Assembly (NCBI RefSeq): GCF_006345805.1
Contig: NC_043015.1
Location: 40,176,001-40,240,000 of the forward strand
DNA: 64,000 bases
Origin: Octopus sinensis
Lineage: Eukaryota
Reading direction: 5' to 3'
Position 1 is the stretch's first letter; every line of letters starts with the position of its first letter. The notes below the pieces were generated by a model. That model worked only from the letters and a program-made list of their open reading frames with translations. It was not told where the DNA came from and did no database searches. Below, in pieces: positions 1-14,168 of this stretch. The translations under genes and the position numbers were made by a program.

Positions 1-48
1 TTACTATTATTATTACTATTACTATTATTATTACTATTATTATTGTTA

Positions 49-80
<32 letters not shown>

Positions 81-1530
81 TTAAGGGGGTGAGCTGGCAT
101 AAGTGTTAGCACTCTGGGTGAAATGCTTAGTGGTATTTTGCCTGTCACTACGTTCTGAATTCAAATTCCGCCGAGATCAACTTTGCCTTTCATCCTTTCG
201 GGGCCGTACCAGTTATGCTCTGGGGTTGATGCAATCGACTAGTCCCCTCCCTGCACATTTCAGGCCTTGTGCCTATAGTATAGAGGATTATTATTATTAT
301 TATTATTATTATAGCAACGAGCTGGTAGAATCGTTAGCATGCTGGGCAAAGTGCTTCATGGTATTTCGTCTGTCTTTGTGTCTTAAATTCAAATCCTGCT
401 GAGGTTGACTTTGGCTCCATTTTTTTTTTTTTTCAGGGTCAGTAAAATAAGTACCAGTCAAGCACTGGGGTCAATGTAATCAGCAAGCTCCTTTCTTCCA
501 AATTTCAGGCCTTTTGCCTATCATAGTAGGGATTGTGATTATCATTAAACAACCAAGCAGGAATCTAGCCAAATTACTGATCCCCCAACATTTTTTTTTA
601 ATTGTGATGAATTTCTGGGTCTCTTCTGGATTGCAAACTATCTCATCGAATCACAGAAACTGACCATAAAATACTTGACAATATTCTCATCTTTAAAGGT
701 TTCTTGGTTCTTCAAACCCAAGATAACATTATGCCCTTCAAAGAAATTAACATTAAGTACTGGGATGTAAAGTACTAGAATAAATACTACAAGGTATTTT
801 GTCTGGTACTCTACCATTATGGAAGTCCATCACTGTACTTGGCTGGTACTTTATTTTACTAACTTTGCAGGAACAAAAGGCAAATGCCCCCAGAAGGACT
901 AGAACCCAGAACATGAGGAGCCAAAGCAAATAGTTGTTTCTAGTTTAGGTACAAAGTCAGCAATTTTGAGGGGAGGATGTTGGTTGATTACATCATCCCA
1001 AGTACTTGAGTGGTACTTTATTTTATTGACTTAAGAAGTATGAAAGGCAAAAGTGGACTTCAGTGGGATTTGAACTCAGAACCCAAAGAGCAAGAATAAA
1101 CACTGTTAAATATTTTCCCAACACTCTAATGACTCTGTAGCAGATAGCTACCAACTTTCTAAGCTAGGATTCATAACTGAATCCTCATTTTCCCTCAAGT
1201 CCTTGGCCTATTGTTCTCACTTGTTGCACCAAGAGATTTGTTTACCAAAACCACTCAAAATAGTTGTCATCTCAATTACAATGATTTTATGATCGTATCA
1301 ATAAATGGCCAACTGAATAACCAATAAATATTGTCCTTCACTCATTTATGCAATGCATATTATTGCTGTACACGATGATTACACTTGGTGACTCCATCAT
1401 CATAACTCTGTTCATCCGTTCAACTTAAGCATCAATAAACAAAGCCATTTGCCTGGTATTCTGCTTATTTCCACCAACTTTGTTCTTTTGTAAATTCTCC
1501 AATATTCACCAAAACTTTGATATTTCTAAG

Positions 1531-1918
1531 GTGGAGGCGCAATGGCCCAGTGGTTAGGGCAGCGGACACGCAGTCGTAGGATCGCGGTTTCGATTCCCAG
1601 ACCGGACGTTGTGAGTGTTTATTGAGCGAAAACACCTGAAAGCTCCACGAGGCTCCGGCAGGGGATGGTGGTGATCCCTGCTGTACTCTTTCACTACAAC
1701 TTTCTCTCACTCTTTCTTCCTGTTTCTGTTGTACCTGTATTTCAAAGGGCCGGCCTTGTCACTCTCTGTGTCACGCTGAATATCCCCGAGAACTACGTTA
1801 AGGGTACACGTGTCTGTGGAGTGCTCAGCCACTTACACGTTAATTTCACGAGCAGGCTGTTCCGTTGATTCGGATCAACCGGAACCCTCGTCGTCGTAAC
1901 CGACGGAGTGCTTCCATC
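1531..1918 (+). mobile_element. tRNA-derived SINE family C
   Basis: GGAGGCGCAATGGCCCAGTGGTTAGGGCAGCGGAC...GGTTTCGATTCCC head. Related minus-strand copies at 17972-18088 and 60550-60851, and more distantly 58413-58662. Confidence 0.82.
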
Positions 1919-2699
1919 CAGATATTTCTAAGGGGTAAAACGAAAATATGACATTCATACTTTACCTAAAATTACTAAAATTTTCTGCTTAGCTGGGGCC
2001 ATGCAGAGGTCGTGCCATGACACTGCTATCAGGAATAATTGGGTTATAAACTGAATATAATAGATTAGCAACAGCTGGGGGTGAAAACTGAATTATTTTT
2101 TCATTCATTGAGATTTTCCTTTATTTCTTTTCTACATTGTTTCGTTCAATAACCAATATTATATTTCTTGTTATCAGCTAACCATTGATTTTTATTTTAC
2201 TTTTTTTTAAATATACATCCTATGGTAGCAGCCATTTTGAAAGGTGCATCAAATCATATTGTATTTGCTACTTAACGTCAGTGTGATACTGTTATCGTAT
2301 TGTGTCGATATTATTTATTGTAGCAACTATTCGAATCATTGAAATTGTCATTTGTGTTGTTGCTGTTGTTGTTGTTATTAGCTGTATTTCATTTCCGCCA
2401 TTGAAATATCTGGTTACCAGCCATAGCTCTATTTTATCCATGAGATATAGCTTGTTATCAGCTTACTTCTCTTATCAGTATTCTTTCCCTCCCAGTCAAC
2501 TCTTTTGATACCAACCTACCCGAGACCGCCCGTGGTTCAATGATGCAAACTTCCTGTTTTGTGGTAATCCAAAGGCCTTTCCCTCAAAATTCCATCTCAA
2601 TTTACTGTTTGAATCCTTTGCCTGTCCCATGTATCACACGTGACTCAGAGGACATGTTCCCCTTGCATCCATGCATTGTATATGATACACATTCACAAT

Positions 2700-3110
2700 T
2701 AGGCGCAGGAGTGGCTGTGTGGTAAGTAGCTTGCTAACCAACCACATGGTTCCGGGTTCAGTCCCACTGCGTGGCACCTTGGGCAAGTGTTTTCTACTAT
2801 AGCCTCGGGCCGACCAAAGCCTTGTGAGTGGATTTGGTTGACGGAAACTGAAAGAAGCCTGTCGTATATATGTATATATATATATATATTTGTGTGTGAG
2901 TTTGTGTGTCTGTGTTTGTCCCTCCAACATCACTTGACAACCGATGGTGGTGTGTTTGCGTCACCGTAGCTTAACGGTTCAGCAAAAGAGACCGATAGAA
3001 TAAGTACTAGGCTTACAAAGAATAAGTCCCGGGGTCGATTTGCTCGACTAAAGGTGGTGCTCCAGCATGGCTGCAGTCAAATGACTGAAACAAGTAAATG
3101 AGTAAAGAGT
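2700..3110 (+). mobile_element. tRNA-derived SINE family B (CORE-like segment, internal TA/TG microsatellite)
   Basis: TGGCTGTGTGG A box, GGTTCAGTCCC B box, GGCACCTTGGGCAAGT segment, AAAGAGT tail. Confidence 0.85.
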
Positions 3111-4815
3111 AATTGTTTTTCATCCATTAGAGCAACTTGGGATTTTGCCTTTCATCCTTTTGTGAGGGGGCCAATAAAATAAGTACCAGTCACACACAGG
3201 GGTCAATGTAATTGATTATCCTTCTCTCCCAAATTTCAGGTTTTGTGCCAATAGTAGAAAGGATTATTATTATTATTATTTTCATCATAAAGGTGATGAG
3301 CTGGCAGAGTTGTTAGCACACCGGGCAAAATACTTAGCAGTTGTTACATTTTGAGTTCAAATTCCACCAAGGTCAACTTTGCTCTTTATCCTTTCAGAGT
3401 CAATAAATTAAGTACCAGTTGAGTACTGGGGTCGATGTAATCAACCAGTTCTCTCCCCCAAAATTTCAAGCCTTGTGCCTATAGCAGAAAGGATTATTAT
3501 TATTATCATTATTATTATTATTATTATTATTATTAATATTATTATTATTATTAAAGCAGCAAACTAGAATCATTAACATGCAAGACAAAATAATAATAAT
3601 AATAATCATCATCATCATTTCATCATCATCATCGTCTAGCATCCGCTTTCCATGCTGGCATGGGTTGGACGGTTCAACTGGGGTCTGGGAAGCCAGAAGG
3701 CTGCACCAGGCCCAGTCTGATCTGGCAATGTTTCTACGGGTGGATGCCCTTCCTAATGCCAACCAATCCATGAGTGTAGTGGGTGAGTTTTACGTGCCAC
3801 TGGCACAGGTGCCAGGCAAGGCAGGCAACAGCCACGATTGGATGGTGCTTTTTATGTCCCACAGGCACGGAGGCCAGTCAGGGCGGTGCTGGCAACGGCC
3901 ATGTTCGGATGGTTCTCTTATGTGCCACCGGCACTGGTATCACAGCTACAATTTCCATTGATGTTGATCGATTTTGTGTTGATAATAATAATAGTAATAA
4001 TAATAATAATAATAATAAACCCATTGTATTAATATATGAAGGCCTGTTTTTTACTGACTCATGGATTTTTAGACAACTGTATTTGTATGCAGAAACACTC
4101 ATACAAACACATACACACATATTCAGCCACTCACACACACACACACACACGTGTGTGTATGTGTGTGTACACATGTCTGAGTGTGTCTACACATGTCTGA
4201 GTGTGTCCATGTGTCTGTCTGTGTAAATGTTTGCATTCTGCACTAAACCTGAAAATAAAGTCTCTGAATCACAGACCATGTTCTATGTTGACAATTGCTT
4301 GTCAATAAAATGTTCTGCTAACAGTTCTGGGAATTGGTGTAGAATGGAACGAAAAATTTGATTCTTAAAAAACAAAGAAAGATTAGCAACAGAAAGAGCA
4401 TCTAGCTTTAAACAATGCCTCAGTAATAGGTGCTGGTCTAACCCATGCCAGCATGGGAAACAGCTGTAAAACATATATATAGTATATATGACACATGTGT
4501 GTGTTTGTGATAAGAAATATGCTTCTTCACCACATGGTTTTAGGTTCAGTTCTGCTACATGGCATCATTGGTGAAGTGTCTTCTAATGTAATTCCAGGCT
4601 GACCAAAGCCTTGTGAGTAGTTTTGGTCAATGGAAACTGAAAGAAGCTTGCCGAAACTGTTTGTGTATCTGTGATCATATGTATATCTCCTTGTCTTGAC
4701 CTTACATGGGGTTAATGAGTGTCACCATGATTCAAGTGATGTCCTCTGTGAAGAATATGTTTGGTCAGGGTTAAAAATATTTACCTTGCCTGGAAACAGG
4801 GTTAGGGTTAAGGTT

Positions 4816-5320
4816 CATCATCATCATCATCATCGTTTAACGTCTGTTCTCCATGCTAGCATGGGTTAGACGGTTCGACCGAGGATCTGGGAAGCCAGAA
4901 GGCTGCACCAGGCTCCAGTCTGATCTGGCAGTGTTTCTACAGCTGGATGCCCTTCCTAACGCCAACCATTCCGTGAGTGTAGTGGGTGCGTTTTATGTGC
5001 CACCTGCACAGGTGCCAGGCGAGGCTGGCAACGACCACGATCGGATTGGTGCATTTTGCGTGCCACCGGCACAGAAGCCAGTTAAGGCAGTGCTGGCATT
5101 GGCCACGATTCGGATGGTGCTTTTTACGTGCCACCGGCATGGAAGCCAGTCAAGGCGGCGCTGGCATCAACCACGATTCAGATGGTGCTTTTTACATGCC
5201 ACTGGCACAGAAGCCAGTCAAGGCGGCGCTGGCATCAACCACGATTCAGATGGTGCTTTTTACATGCCACTGGCACAGAAGCCAGTCAAGGCGGCGCTGG
5301 CATCGGCCACGATTCGGATT
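4816..5320 (-). mobile_element. Repeat family D (SINE-like, (ATG)n tail, internal 68-bp tandem units)
   Basis: CATCATCGTTTAACGTC...CCATGCTAGCATGGGTT...GGATGCCCTTCCTAACGCCAACCA. Copies near 3607, 21720(+), 25545, 28021, 43620, 47162, 51560 and 63175. Confidence 0.82.
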
Positions 5321-6127
5321 GGTTATTATTATTATTATTATTAAGGTGGCGAGCTGGCAGAGTTGTTAGCACACTGGGCAAAATGCTTTGCAATATTTCA
5401 CCTGTTGCTACATTCTGAGTTCAAATTCCACCAAGGTCAACTTTACTTTTTATCCTTTCAGGGTCAATAAATTAAGCACCAGTTGAGCACTGGGGTCGAT
5501 GTAATCAACTAGTCCTCTCCCTAGAAATTTCAAGCCTTGTGCCTATAGCAACAGGAATGGTATCCAGCATCCAGTAAATCTGCCTTGACACAAATTCCAT
5601 CTGACCCATGCAGGCGTGGAAATGTGGATGTGAAAATCAGTGATGATATAAATACCATGCGTGTTGTGTATATGTGTGTGTGTGTGTGCATGTGTGTTTA
5701 ACAGAAAGTACACATCACATTTTTCTGTTGCTTTTTTTAGGTCATCACATTGACATGTGTTTTTTTTTCTTTGTTTTTGTCTTTCATTAAAGCAACAACA
5801 GAACATCTGAACTCTTGGCGTCAACAGGGGGGTAGGGAGAACGGTAGCTGTGAGGTCAGGGGGGGGATAGCAACACAATTATCCTTTTTTTTTTTTTTTT
5901 AACTTTTAGCTGAGGTTTTTTTGGAATATTTTTTAGGGTTTCCCCCACCCTCTTGAATCAGAGAAGTTGGGTGATCCTTCTTTATTTGAAGTCTGTGAGA
6001 GAGAAAAAAGTAACACCATTGAGATAACAAAGGTTAATTAGTTAAATATTGAATGTCAGGACTAATTTACGTAACCTTTCACCTCAAATGGTAAGGAGGG
6101 TAGGAGTGGGAGGAGGAGGTGGAGTGG

Positions 6128-6403
6128 TGTGTGGTGTGTGTGTGTGCGCGTGTGTGTGTGTGTGCGGTGTGTGTGTGTGCACGTGTGTGTGTGTGTGTGC
6201 GCGCATGTGTGTGTGTGCACGTGTATGTGTGTGTGTGTGTGTGCTGTGTGTGTGTGTGTGCTGTGGTGTGTGTGTGCTGTGGTGTGTGTGTGTGCTGTGG
6301 TGTGTGTGATGTGTGTGTGGTGTGTGTGTGTGTGGTGTGTGTGTGTGTGTGGTGTGTGTGTGTGTGTGTGGTGTGTGTGTGTGTGGTGTGTGTGTGTGTG
6401 TGT

Positions 6404-6437
<34 letters not shown>
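6128..6437. repeat. (GT)n tract; large (CA)n/(CT)n at 12040-13370 and (TA)n at 19903-20188
   Basis: Directly visible; these account for most long ORFs in the track. Confidence 0.95.
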
Positions 6438-6440
<3 letters not shown>

Positions 6441-7104
6441 CGATATATCTTTCTGTCACCCTCCTTATCTTCTTTCAATATTCTTCTGTTTCCCTTGAGC
6501 TTAAAACTAAAATTGCCCTTTAAAAATCTGTCTGTTGTGTCATTGGATGAGCCGGATTATAATTATGTAACTCTATTGTAACCATACTGCACTGTACACT
6601 CATACTTTGGTGCTACGGATCTCCCTTTAACGGATTTCGGAAGCAGCGGACAAAATCTGGAGCAGCTGACTCAATTGGAAAGTCCCATGTGCCACAGATG
6701 GAGTTGTGGCAACACTGGACACAAACCACTGCTTTGAGAACTGACGGCTAAATGGCAGGCAGTCACTTCATTCACATCAGTGTAACAACACATGTAGCTC
6801 ATTGCTCCATGGTTTTTTGCCCTTCATGTACTGCTGACACATCTGTATCACCAGCACAGCCTACAACCAGTTGTCCATTATTGGGTGCTGCAAAGTTCCA
6901 GTGACTCAGAATTAAATTCTGAGGCACCACTATACGACCACGGCATATTAACAACACCTCTTCACCATCCATGTTACGTCTGATTTTAAATTTTAAAATG
7001 TTGAATTGACAGGTATTATAATGTATAATTACAGTGGACAGGTATTTTGCACTGTCAGATTGGATCGGCTGCTTGATTATAAGTACAGTACCTTCTCTCT
7101 TTTC

Positions 7105-7512
7105 TTTTCTTTTTTACTTGTTTCAGTCATTTGACTGCGGCCATGCTGGAGCACCGCCTTTAGTTGAGCAAATCGACCCCAGGACTTATTCTTTGTAAGC
7201 CCAGTACTTATTCTATCGGTCACTTTTGCCGAACCACCAAGTGACGGGGACGTAAACACACCAGCATTGGTTGTTAAGCAATGCTAGGGGGACAAACACA
7301 GGCACACAAACATATACATACACATACATATACATATATATACATATATACGACAGGCTTTTTTCAGTTTCCGTCTACCAAATCCACTCACAAGGCATTG
7401 GTCGGCCCGGGGCTATAGCAGAAGACACTTGCCCAAGGTGCCACGCAGTGGGACTGAACCCAGAACCATGTGGTTGGTAAGCAAGCTACTTACCACACAG
7501 CCACTCCTGCGC
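7105..7512 (-). mobile_element. SINE family B copy
   Basis: Reverse complement of the 2700-3110 element. Confidence 0.85.
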
Positions 7513-8453
7513 TTACTCTATTTATTCTTCTGTCTTTCGTGATGTAATTGCTGATATTAGCCACTCTTAACATAACCTCATCTTAGTGTCAGTACCTGCA
7601 ACAAGCAGTTTCATTGGACTGATGTTCCCCACCTTTTTGTCCGTAGTACCAAGGTATGAGCGTACTGTAGTGTACCACACTACTTTGTAGAGTACCATAC
7701 AACCTGTAGTATGACATATTGTTGACTAAGCAAGAGAATCTTTAGTAGTTGCTCAGCTGGATGGAAATAGGAGAGAAATCTTGCTGTTATCACCTCATAT
7801 TTTATCTGCATCATTTTAAAACCAGGATGTGTTGGATGCAATGAAATCCCTCTCCATTCAATGAGGAAGTTTGGGGAAGTGTTGAACTGCTTTAGTTGAG
7901 GATGCACATAAATGGAAGGGATAGCTGGCTGGTCGGTTCAGTGGTTGGTTGGGTTCTGCTATATTGTGTCTCCTTTTCCTGATAGCACAGGATTGTTGAA
8001 AATGAATGCGATTCATTTCCAATCTTCTGTGAAAACATGTCTGGTCATGGGTAAATATTACCTTGCTTAGAAACAGGTGAGGGTTTGAGACAGGAAGAGA
8101 ATCTGGCCATAGATTATCGGCCTCAATAAAATTCCATCTGACTCATGCAAGTATGGCAAAGTGAACGTTAAAACAATGATGATGGCCATTATCTGCTGTG
8201 GCCATTACCAGTGTCAAGTAAATGGCACCTATGCCGGCGGCACATGAAAAACACCCATTACACTCTCAGAATGGTTGGTTTTAAGCCATAAAGATCATAC
8301 CAAATCAGACTGGAACCCGGTACAGCTCTTCAGCTTACCAGCTCCAGTCAACCCATCCAACCCATGACAGCATGAAAAACAGATGCTAAATGATGACTAT
8401 ATATATAGAGAGAGAGAGGTGAGAAAGTTGGTGTGTGGAAGCACGTGGTTGGA

Positions 8454-8867
8454 TATATAGAAAATAGAAAAGAGTGAAAAAACTACAGAAGGCTTGTTTT
8501 ATAAGGTTAAAGAATATATTTAAGTCGTTATGTTAGAAGAATATTATAAAATTTTGCATATAGTAACATAGTCTTTGGAGAAATAACCGGTTTCGTGTAA
8601 ACTTTTCAAATTTCTCAAATGTCTTTACCTACATCGTGTCATGCCTGGAACTCTTCTTTGCACTGCATAACGAAGACATGACACGATGTAGGTAAAGACA
8701 TTTGAGAAATTTGAAAAGTTAACACGAAACCGGTAATTTCTCCAAAAACTATGTTACTGTATGAAAAAAATTTTTAACATTCTTCTAATATAACGACTTA
8801 AATATATTATTTAACCTTATAAAACAAGCCTTCTGTAGTTTTTTCCCTCTTTTCTATTTTCTATATA
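8454..8867. mobile_element. Long inverted repeat (about 190 bp arms, about 33 bp spacer), Penelope-like pLTR-type
   Basis: 8454-8643 is the reverse complement of 8677-8867 with scattered mismatches; TA-repeat flanks; each arm contains a hammerhead fold. Confidence 0.8.
8704..8742 (+). ncRNA. Minimal type I hammerhead ribozyme, U3-A8 variant
   Basis: GAGAAAT [TTGAAAA] GT-TAAC-AC GAA ACCGGT A ATTTCTC: 7-bp stem I, very short stem II, palindromic stem III, GUA cleavage triplet. Confidence 0.6.
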
Positions 8868-9524
8868 CATATATATGTGTGTGTGTGTGTGTGATTATTA
8901 CGGATTATAATATCAGTGTGTTTTGCTGGGTTTTCTTTTAAATTCTAAATACCTGTCACACCATTTCAAGTTCATTTTCAAATATAGTTTGAAGCATCTT
9001 GGCACTGGATGCAAGATTTTTATTTCTGTTATGCGGCCTCCTCCACTGAAATATGATCCGTTGCTGGAATCATTGGTGTTGGTAGTGGTGATGGGCATAT
9101 ATGGCTAGTGTTATTACTATTGTTGTATTTAGAACCAGTGGTTGTGGTGGTGGTAGTATGTGTTGCTATGGTGATATTATGTGCATCATGTTTTGTTTTT
9201 GTTTATCCCTAGGCCACCTCTGATCTAGCCAATCTATGCTAAATACATTCCAACCATGACCATCCTGTCTTTAATTGATAAAATGTATTTTGGACTATCT
9301 AATTTAATGTGTCCTTCTTTTCTAAAGAATGTGTATGATTTGATGCAGTTTTAGCTATTACTTCTAGCAGGTCTGACAACAATGTAGATGCAGTCTTTAA
9401 GTGGTGTTGTCATTGTTGTTACTGTTGTTGTTCAATAGCAATCATGTAAAGCTATGTTTGAAGCTCTTTCATTCCTGATCTCTCAGACTAATTATATTAA
9501 GAATCATTACCAATGTCACTGGAA

Positions 9525-9745
9525 ATGGTGGCACCAGTGCCATTAGTGATGGTGGCACCAGTGCCATTAGTGATGGTGGCACCAGTGCCATTAATGATGG
9601 TGGCACCAGTGCCATTAGTGATGGTGGCACCAGTGCCATTAGTGGTGGTGGCACCAGTGCCATTAGTGATGGTGGCACCAGTGCCGTTAGTGATAGTGGC
9701 ACCAGTGTCGTTAGTGATGATGGCACCAGTGCCATTAGTGATGGT
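9525..9745. repeat. 24-bp minisatellite, about 9 copies
   Basis: GTGATGGTGGCACCAGTGCCATTA unit with internal palindrome TGGCAC-CA-GTGCCA. Confidence 0.9.
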
Positions 9746-9812
9746 GGGGGCGGCAGCTGTAGTGTTGTAGGTATGTTTCTCTGTATAACAGTTTTGTCCT
9801 ATTCCATCATGC

Positions 9813-11313
9813 CTATATCTTTACTACCCACAAGGGGCTAAACACAGAGAGGACAAACAAGGACAGACAAATGGATGAAGTCGATTACATCGACCCCAGT
9901 GCGCAACTGGTACTTATTTAATCGACCCCGAAAGGATGAAAGGCAAAGTCAACCTCGGCGGAATTTGAACTCAGAATGTAGAAGCAGATAAAATACCTAT
10001 ATCTTTACTAACCACAAGGGGCTAAACACAGACCGGACAAACAAGGACAGACAAACGGATTTAGTCGATTACATCGACCCCAGTGCAAAACTGGTACTTA
10101 TTTAATCGACCCCGAAAGGATGAAAGGCAAAGTCGACCTCGGTGGAATTTGAACTCAGAATGTAGAGGCAGATGAAATACCTATTTCTTTACTACCCACA
10201 AGGGGCTAAACACAGAGAGGACAAACAAGGACAGACAAACGGATTAAGTCGATTATATCGACCCCAGTGCACAACTGGTACTTATTTAATCGACCCCGAA
10301 AGAATGAAAGGCAAAGTCGACCTCGGTGGAATTTGAACTCAGAATGTAGAGGCAGATGAAATACATATTTCTTTACTAACCACAAGGGGCTAAACACAGA
10401 GAGGACAAACAAGGACAGACAAACGGATTAAGTCGATTATATCGACCCCAGTGCGCAACTGGTACTTATTTAATCGACCCCGAAAGAATGAAAGGCAAAG
10501 TCGACCTCGGTGGAATTTGAACTCAGAATGTAGAGGCAGATGAAATACATATTTCTTTACTAACCACAAGGGGCTAAACACAGAGAGGACAAACAAGGAC
10601 AGACAAACGGATTAAGTCGATTATATCGACCCCAGTGCGCAACTGGTACTTATTTAATCGACCCCGAAAGAATGAAAGGCAAAGTCGACCTCGGTGGATT
10701 TGAACTCAGAATGTAGAGGCAGATGAAATACATATTTCTTTACTAACCACAAGGGGCTAAACACAGAGAGGACAAACAAGGACAGACAAACGGATTAAGT
10801 CGATTATATCGACCCCAGTGCGCAACTGGTACTTATTTAATCGACCCCGAAAGAATGAAAGGCAAAGTCGACCTCGGTGGAATTTGAACTCAGAATGTAG
10901 AGGCAGATGAAATACATATTTCTTTACTAACCACAAGGGGCTAACACAGAGGACAAACAAGGACAGACAAACGGATTAAGTCGATTATCGACCCCAGTGC
11001 GCAACTGGTACTTATTTAATCGACCCCGAAAGAATGAAAGGCAAAGTCGACCTCGGTGGAATTTGAACTCAGAATGTAGAGGCAGATGAAATACATATTT
11101 CTTTACTAACCACAAGGGGCTAAACACAGAGAGGACAAACAAATGGATTAATTCGATTATATCGACCCCAGTGCGTAACTGGTACTTATTTAATTGACCC
11201 CAAAAGGATGAAAGGCAAAGTCGACCTCGGCGGAATTTGAACTCAGAACATGACAGACGAAATACCGCTAAGCATTTCGCCCGGCGTGCTAACGTTTCTA
11301 CCAGCTTGCCGCC
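9813..11313 (-). mobile_element. Tandem array of 8 SINE units (about 184 bp) with a single tRNA-like head
   Basis: Units start near 9813, 9997, 10181, 10365, 10549, 10732, 10916 and 11095; only the last carries the A-box head (ends about 11313); all retain the B box GAGTTCAAAT. Confidence 0.9.
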
Positions 11314-12093
11314 ATTTTTGTCCTAATCCATCATACCTCCTGATCAAAGACAATCCGCATATGACCATCCCACCTTTATATTTCAGGCAGTATATTCTGA
11401 GAAAACATTAGGCAAAATGTCCTTCTTTTATTAAGGAATATAAGGTGATTTGATGTGAGATTTGGCTGCTGTTTCTAGGATGAATGACCCACATCATTAA
11501 TATGTGTAGCTTGTGAGTATCAGGTGTAGGTGTATGGCAGAATGTATGCCTACACTCAGCAACACCTGCTTTGATGTTGGAAGGCTTTTATCTATGCTCA
11601 TCACACCTGAGTCTGTGAGCATCTACACACCTGACATACACACACACGTACATATGAGTGTCTGCACATATCTCTATGCGTATATGTGTGTGCGTACGTA
11701 TACATACATCTATACATAGATGTATGTATACATCACATACATCTATACATCTACATATGTGCATATGTGTGTCTACACACGTCAAACATGTGTATACACA
11801 TACCTCTATGCATATACGTGTGTGCATATGTATACATACACACACACACATACATACATACATACATCTATACATCTACATGTGTGTATATGTGTGTCTA
11901 CACACGTCAAACATGTGTGTGTATACACATACCTCTATGCATATATGTGTGTGTGTGTGTATGCATATATACATACATATATATACATACATCTACATGT
12001 GTGCATATATGTACATTTACAAGTCAAGTATATATATTTGCACACACACACACACACACACACCTACACACACACTCACACACACTCACACTC

Positions 12094-12151
<58 letters not shown>

Positions 12152-12338
12152 CACACACATACACACACACATACACACACATACACACACATACACACAC
12201 ACACACACACACAACACACACACACACACATACACACACACACACACACATACACACACACATACACACATACACACATACACACACACACACTCACACA
12301 CACATACACACACACACACACACATACACACATACACA

Positions 12339-12373
<35 letters not shown>

Positions 12374-13773
12374 CTGATACATATATCAATACCACAAAAC
12401 ATTTTAGTGTGAAAGCTTGATGTAAATTTCGTTGCCTACTTATGACAATGGAGTCAAGGGTGTCTATTATATTTCTATACAAGTATCTACATACGTATGT
12501 ATATGTGTAAATGCATATGTACAGGAAGGTATATATATAGCCGTATGCCTGCATGCATGTATGTATGTGTGTATGTTTATACACTTATATATATTTGTTA
12601 ATTACACATATGGATGTATTTCTGTAAATACATAGATGTGTGTTTATATATATATATACACCCACACACGTGTATGTGAATGTTTGTATTCATACACATT
12701 CTCTCTTTGACACTCTCTCTCTCTCTCTCCTACACACACACACTTTCTCTCTCTTCTATGCACACACACGCACACACACACACACTCACTCACACACACT
12801 CACTCACACACATACACTTTCTCTCTCTTCTATACACACTCGCACACATACACACACACATACTTTCTCTTCTATACAAACACACGCACATACACACACA
12901 CACACACACTTTCTCTTCTATACACACACACACACACATACACTCTCTTCGATACACATGCACACATACACACATACACACACACTTTCTCTTCTATACA
13001 CACACACACACACATACACTCTCTTCGATACACATGCACACATACACACATACACACACACTTTCTCTTCTACACACACACACATATACACACACACTTT
13101 CTCTTCTACACACACACTTTCTCTTCTATACACACACACTTTCTCTTCTACATACACACACACACACACTTTCTCTTCTATACGCACACACACGCACACA
13201 CAGACACACATACCTACCCTCTTTTTACACACACATATTTCTCTCTCTCACTCTTTCTCTTTCTCTCTCTCACCCTTTCTTTCTCTCTCTCTCTTTTCCT
13301 CTCTCTCACTCTTTCTTTCTCTCTCTCTTTTCCTCTCTCTCACCCTTTCTTACTCTCTCTCTCTCTCTCAGCCAAAGAATACAATCTCATTTTCTCAACA
13401 TCCAAAACTGTCCAATTCACCAATCTGTTTTACAACTGCTACACCTACTCCTACTACTACTGCCACTACTACTGCTTCTTCTTCTTCTTCTTCTTCTGCT
13501 ACAACTACCACCTCTGCAACTAGTACCACCACGACAACTACTACTATAACAGCAACTATTGATGCTGTTCTGTCACAGCTAACTTGCAGCGCTTCTGCCA
13601 GACAACTCTGATGGCAATAGTATCTTCGTCTTCATCCTCCACACCATCACACCACTACCACCACGACCACCACGACGCCACCACCAACATGATGAACAAC
13701 AACAACACCATGTTGTCCCATTCTTCCACCTGTATTACCTTGGTCTCTATGTATTCTAATCTTTCATTTACAG

Positions 13774-13844
13774 AACAACAACCGGGCAAAGAACAGCAAA
13801 ATGGTCGCAACACGGAACCAACTTCCAACGACGACTCCGAAGAG
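13774..13844 (+). CDS. Candidate exon (anoctamin N-terminal extension or an upstream gene)
   Basis: ctttcatttacag acceptor, GAG|GTAATT donor, 71 nt complex island among simple repeats. Best reading (E)QQPGKEQQNGRNTEPTSNDDSEE, but all three frames are open; no homology recognised. Confidence 0.5.
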
Positions 13845-14137
13845 GTAATTCACCTTACTTTCATTATCTACATCGCGCCTCTTCTTCTCTCCTTTTCTCT
13901 CTCTCTCCTTCTTGCTCTCTCTCTCTCTTACTTGTCAAACTATATCTAAACGCATTGTGACAATGTGTTGTCTCTCTTCACACACAGGAGATAAAATTTA
14001 AAATACTTTCCTCAACATGTGATGATCCCACTTTGCAAATTGTCCAAAGTCTCTCTCTTTCACTCTCTCTCACCCTCTCTCTCACCCTCTCTCTGTCACT
14101 CTCTCTCTCTCTCCTTCTCTATCACTCTCTCATTGTT

Positions 14138-14168
<31 letters not shown>

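Noticed and set aside
1531-1600. tRNA gene
   Set aside because: The tRNA-like head continues into a SINE body repeated elsewhere; no proper acceptor stem or terminator.
6580-7075. Possible DNA transposon remnant
   Set aside because: No TIRs, TSD or transposase motif could be established by eye.
9813-11313. CRISPR-like or tandem gene array (repeated 68-aa ORFs)
   Set aside because: Units are whole SINE bodies with no unique spacers; eukaryotic context and no cas genes.
11658-13611. Long His/Thr or Cys/Val ORFs up to 323 aa
   Set aside because: Translations of (CA)n/(CT)n microsatellites.
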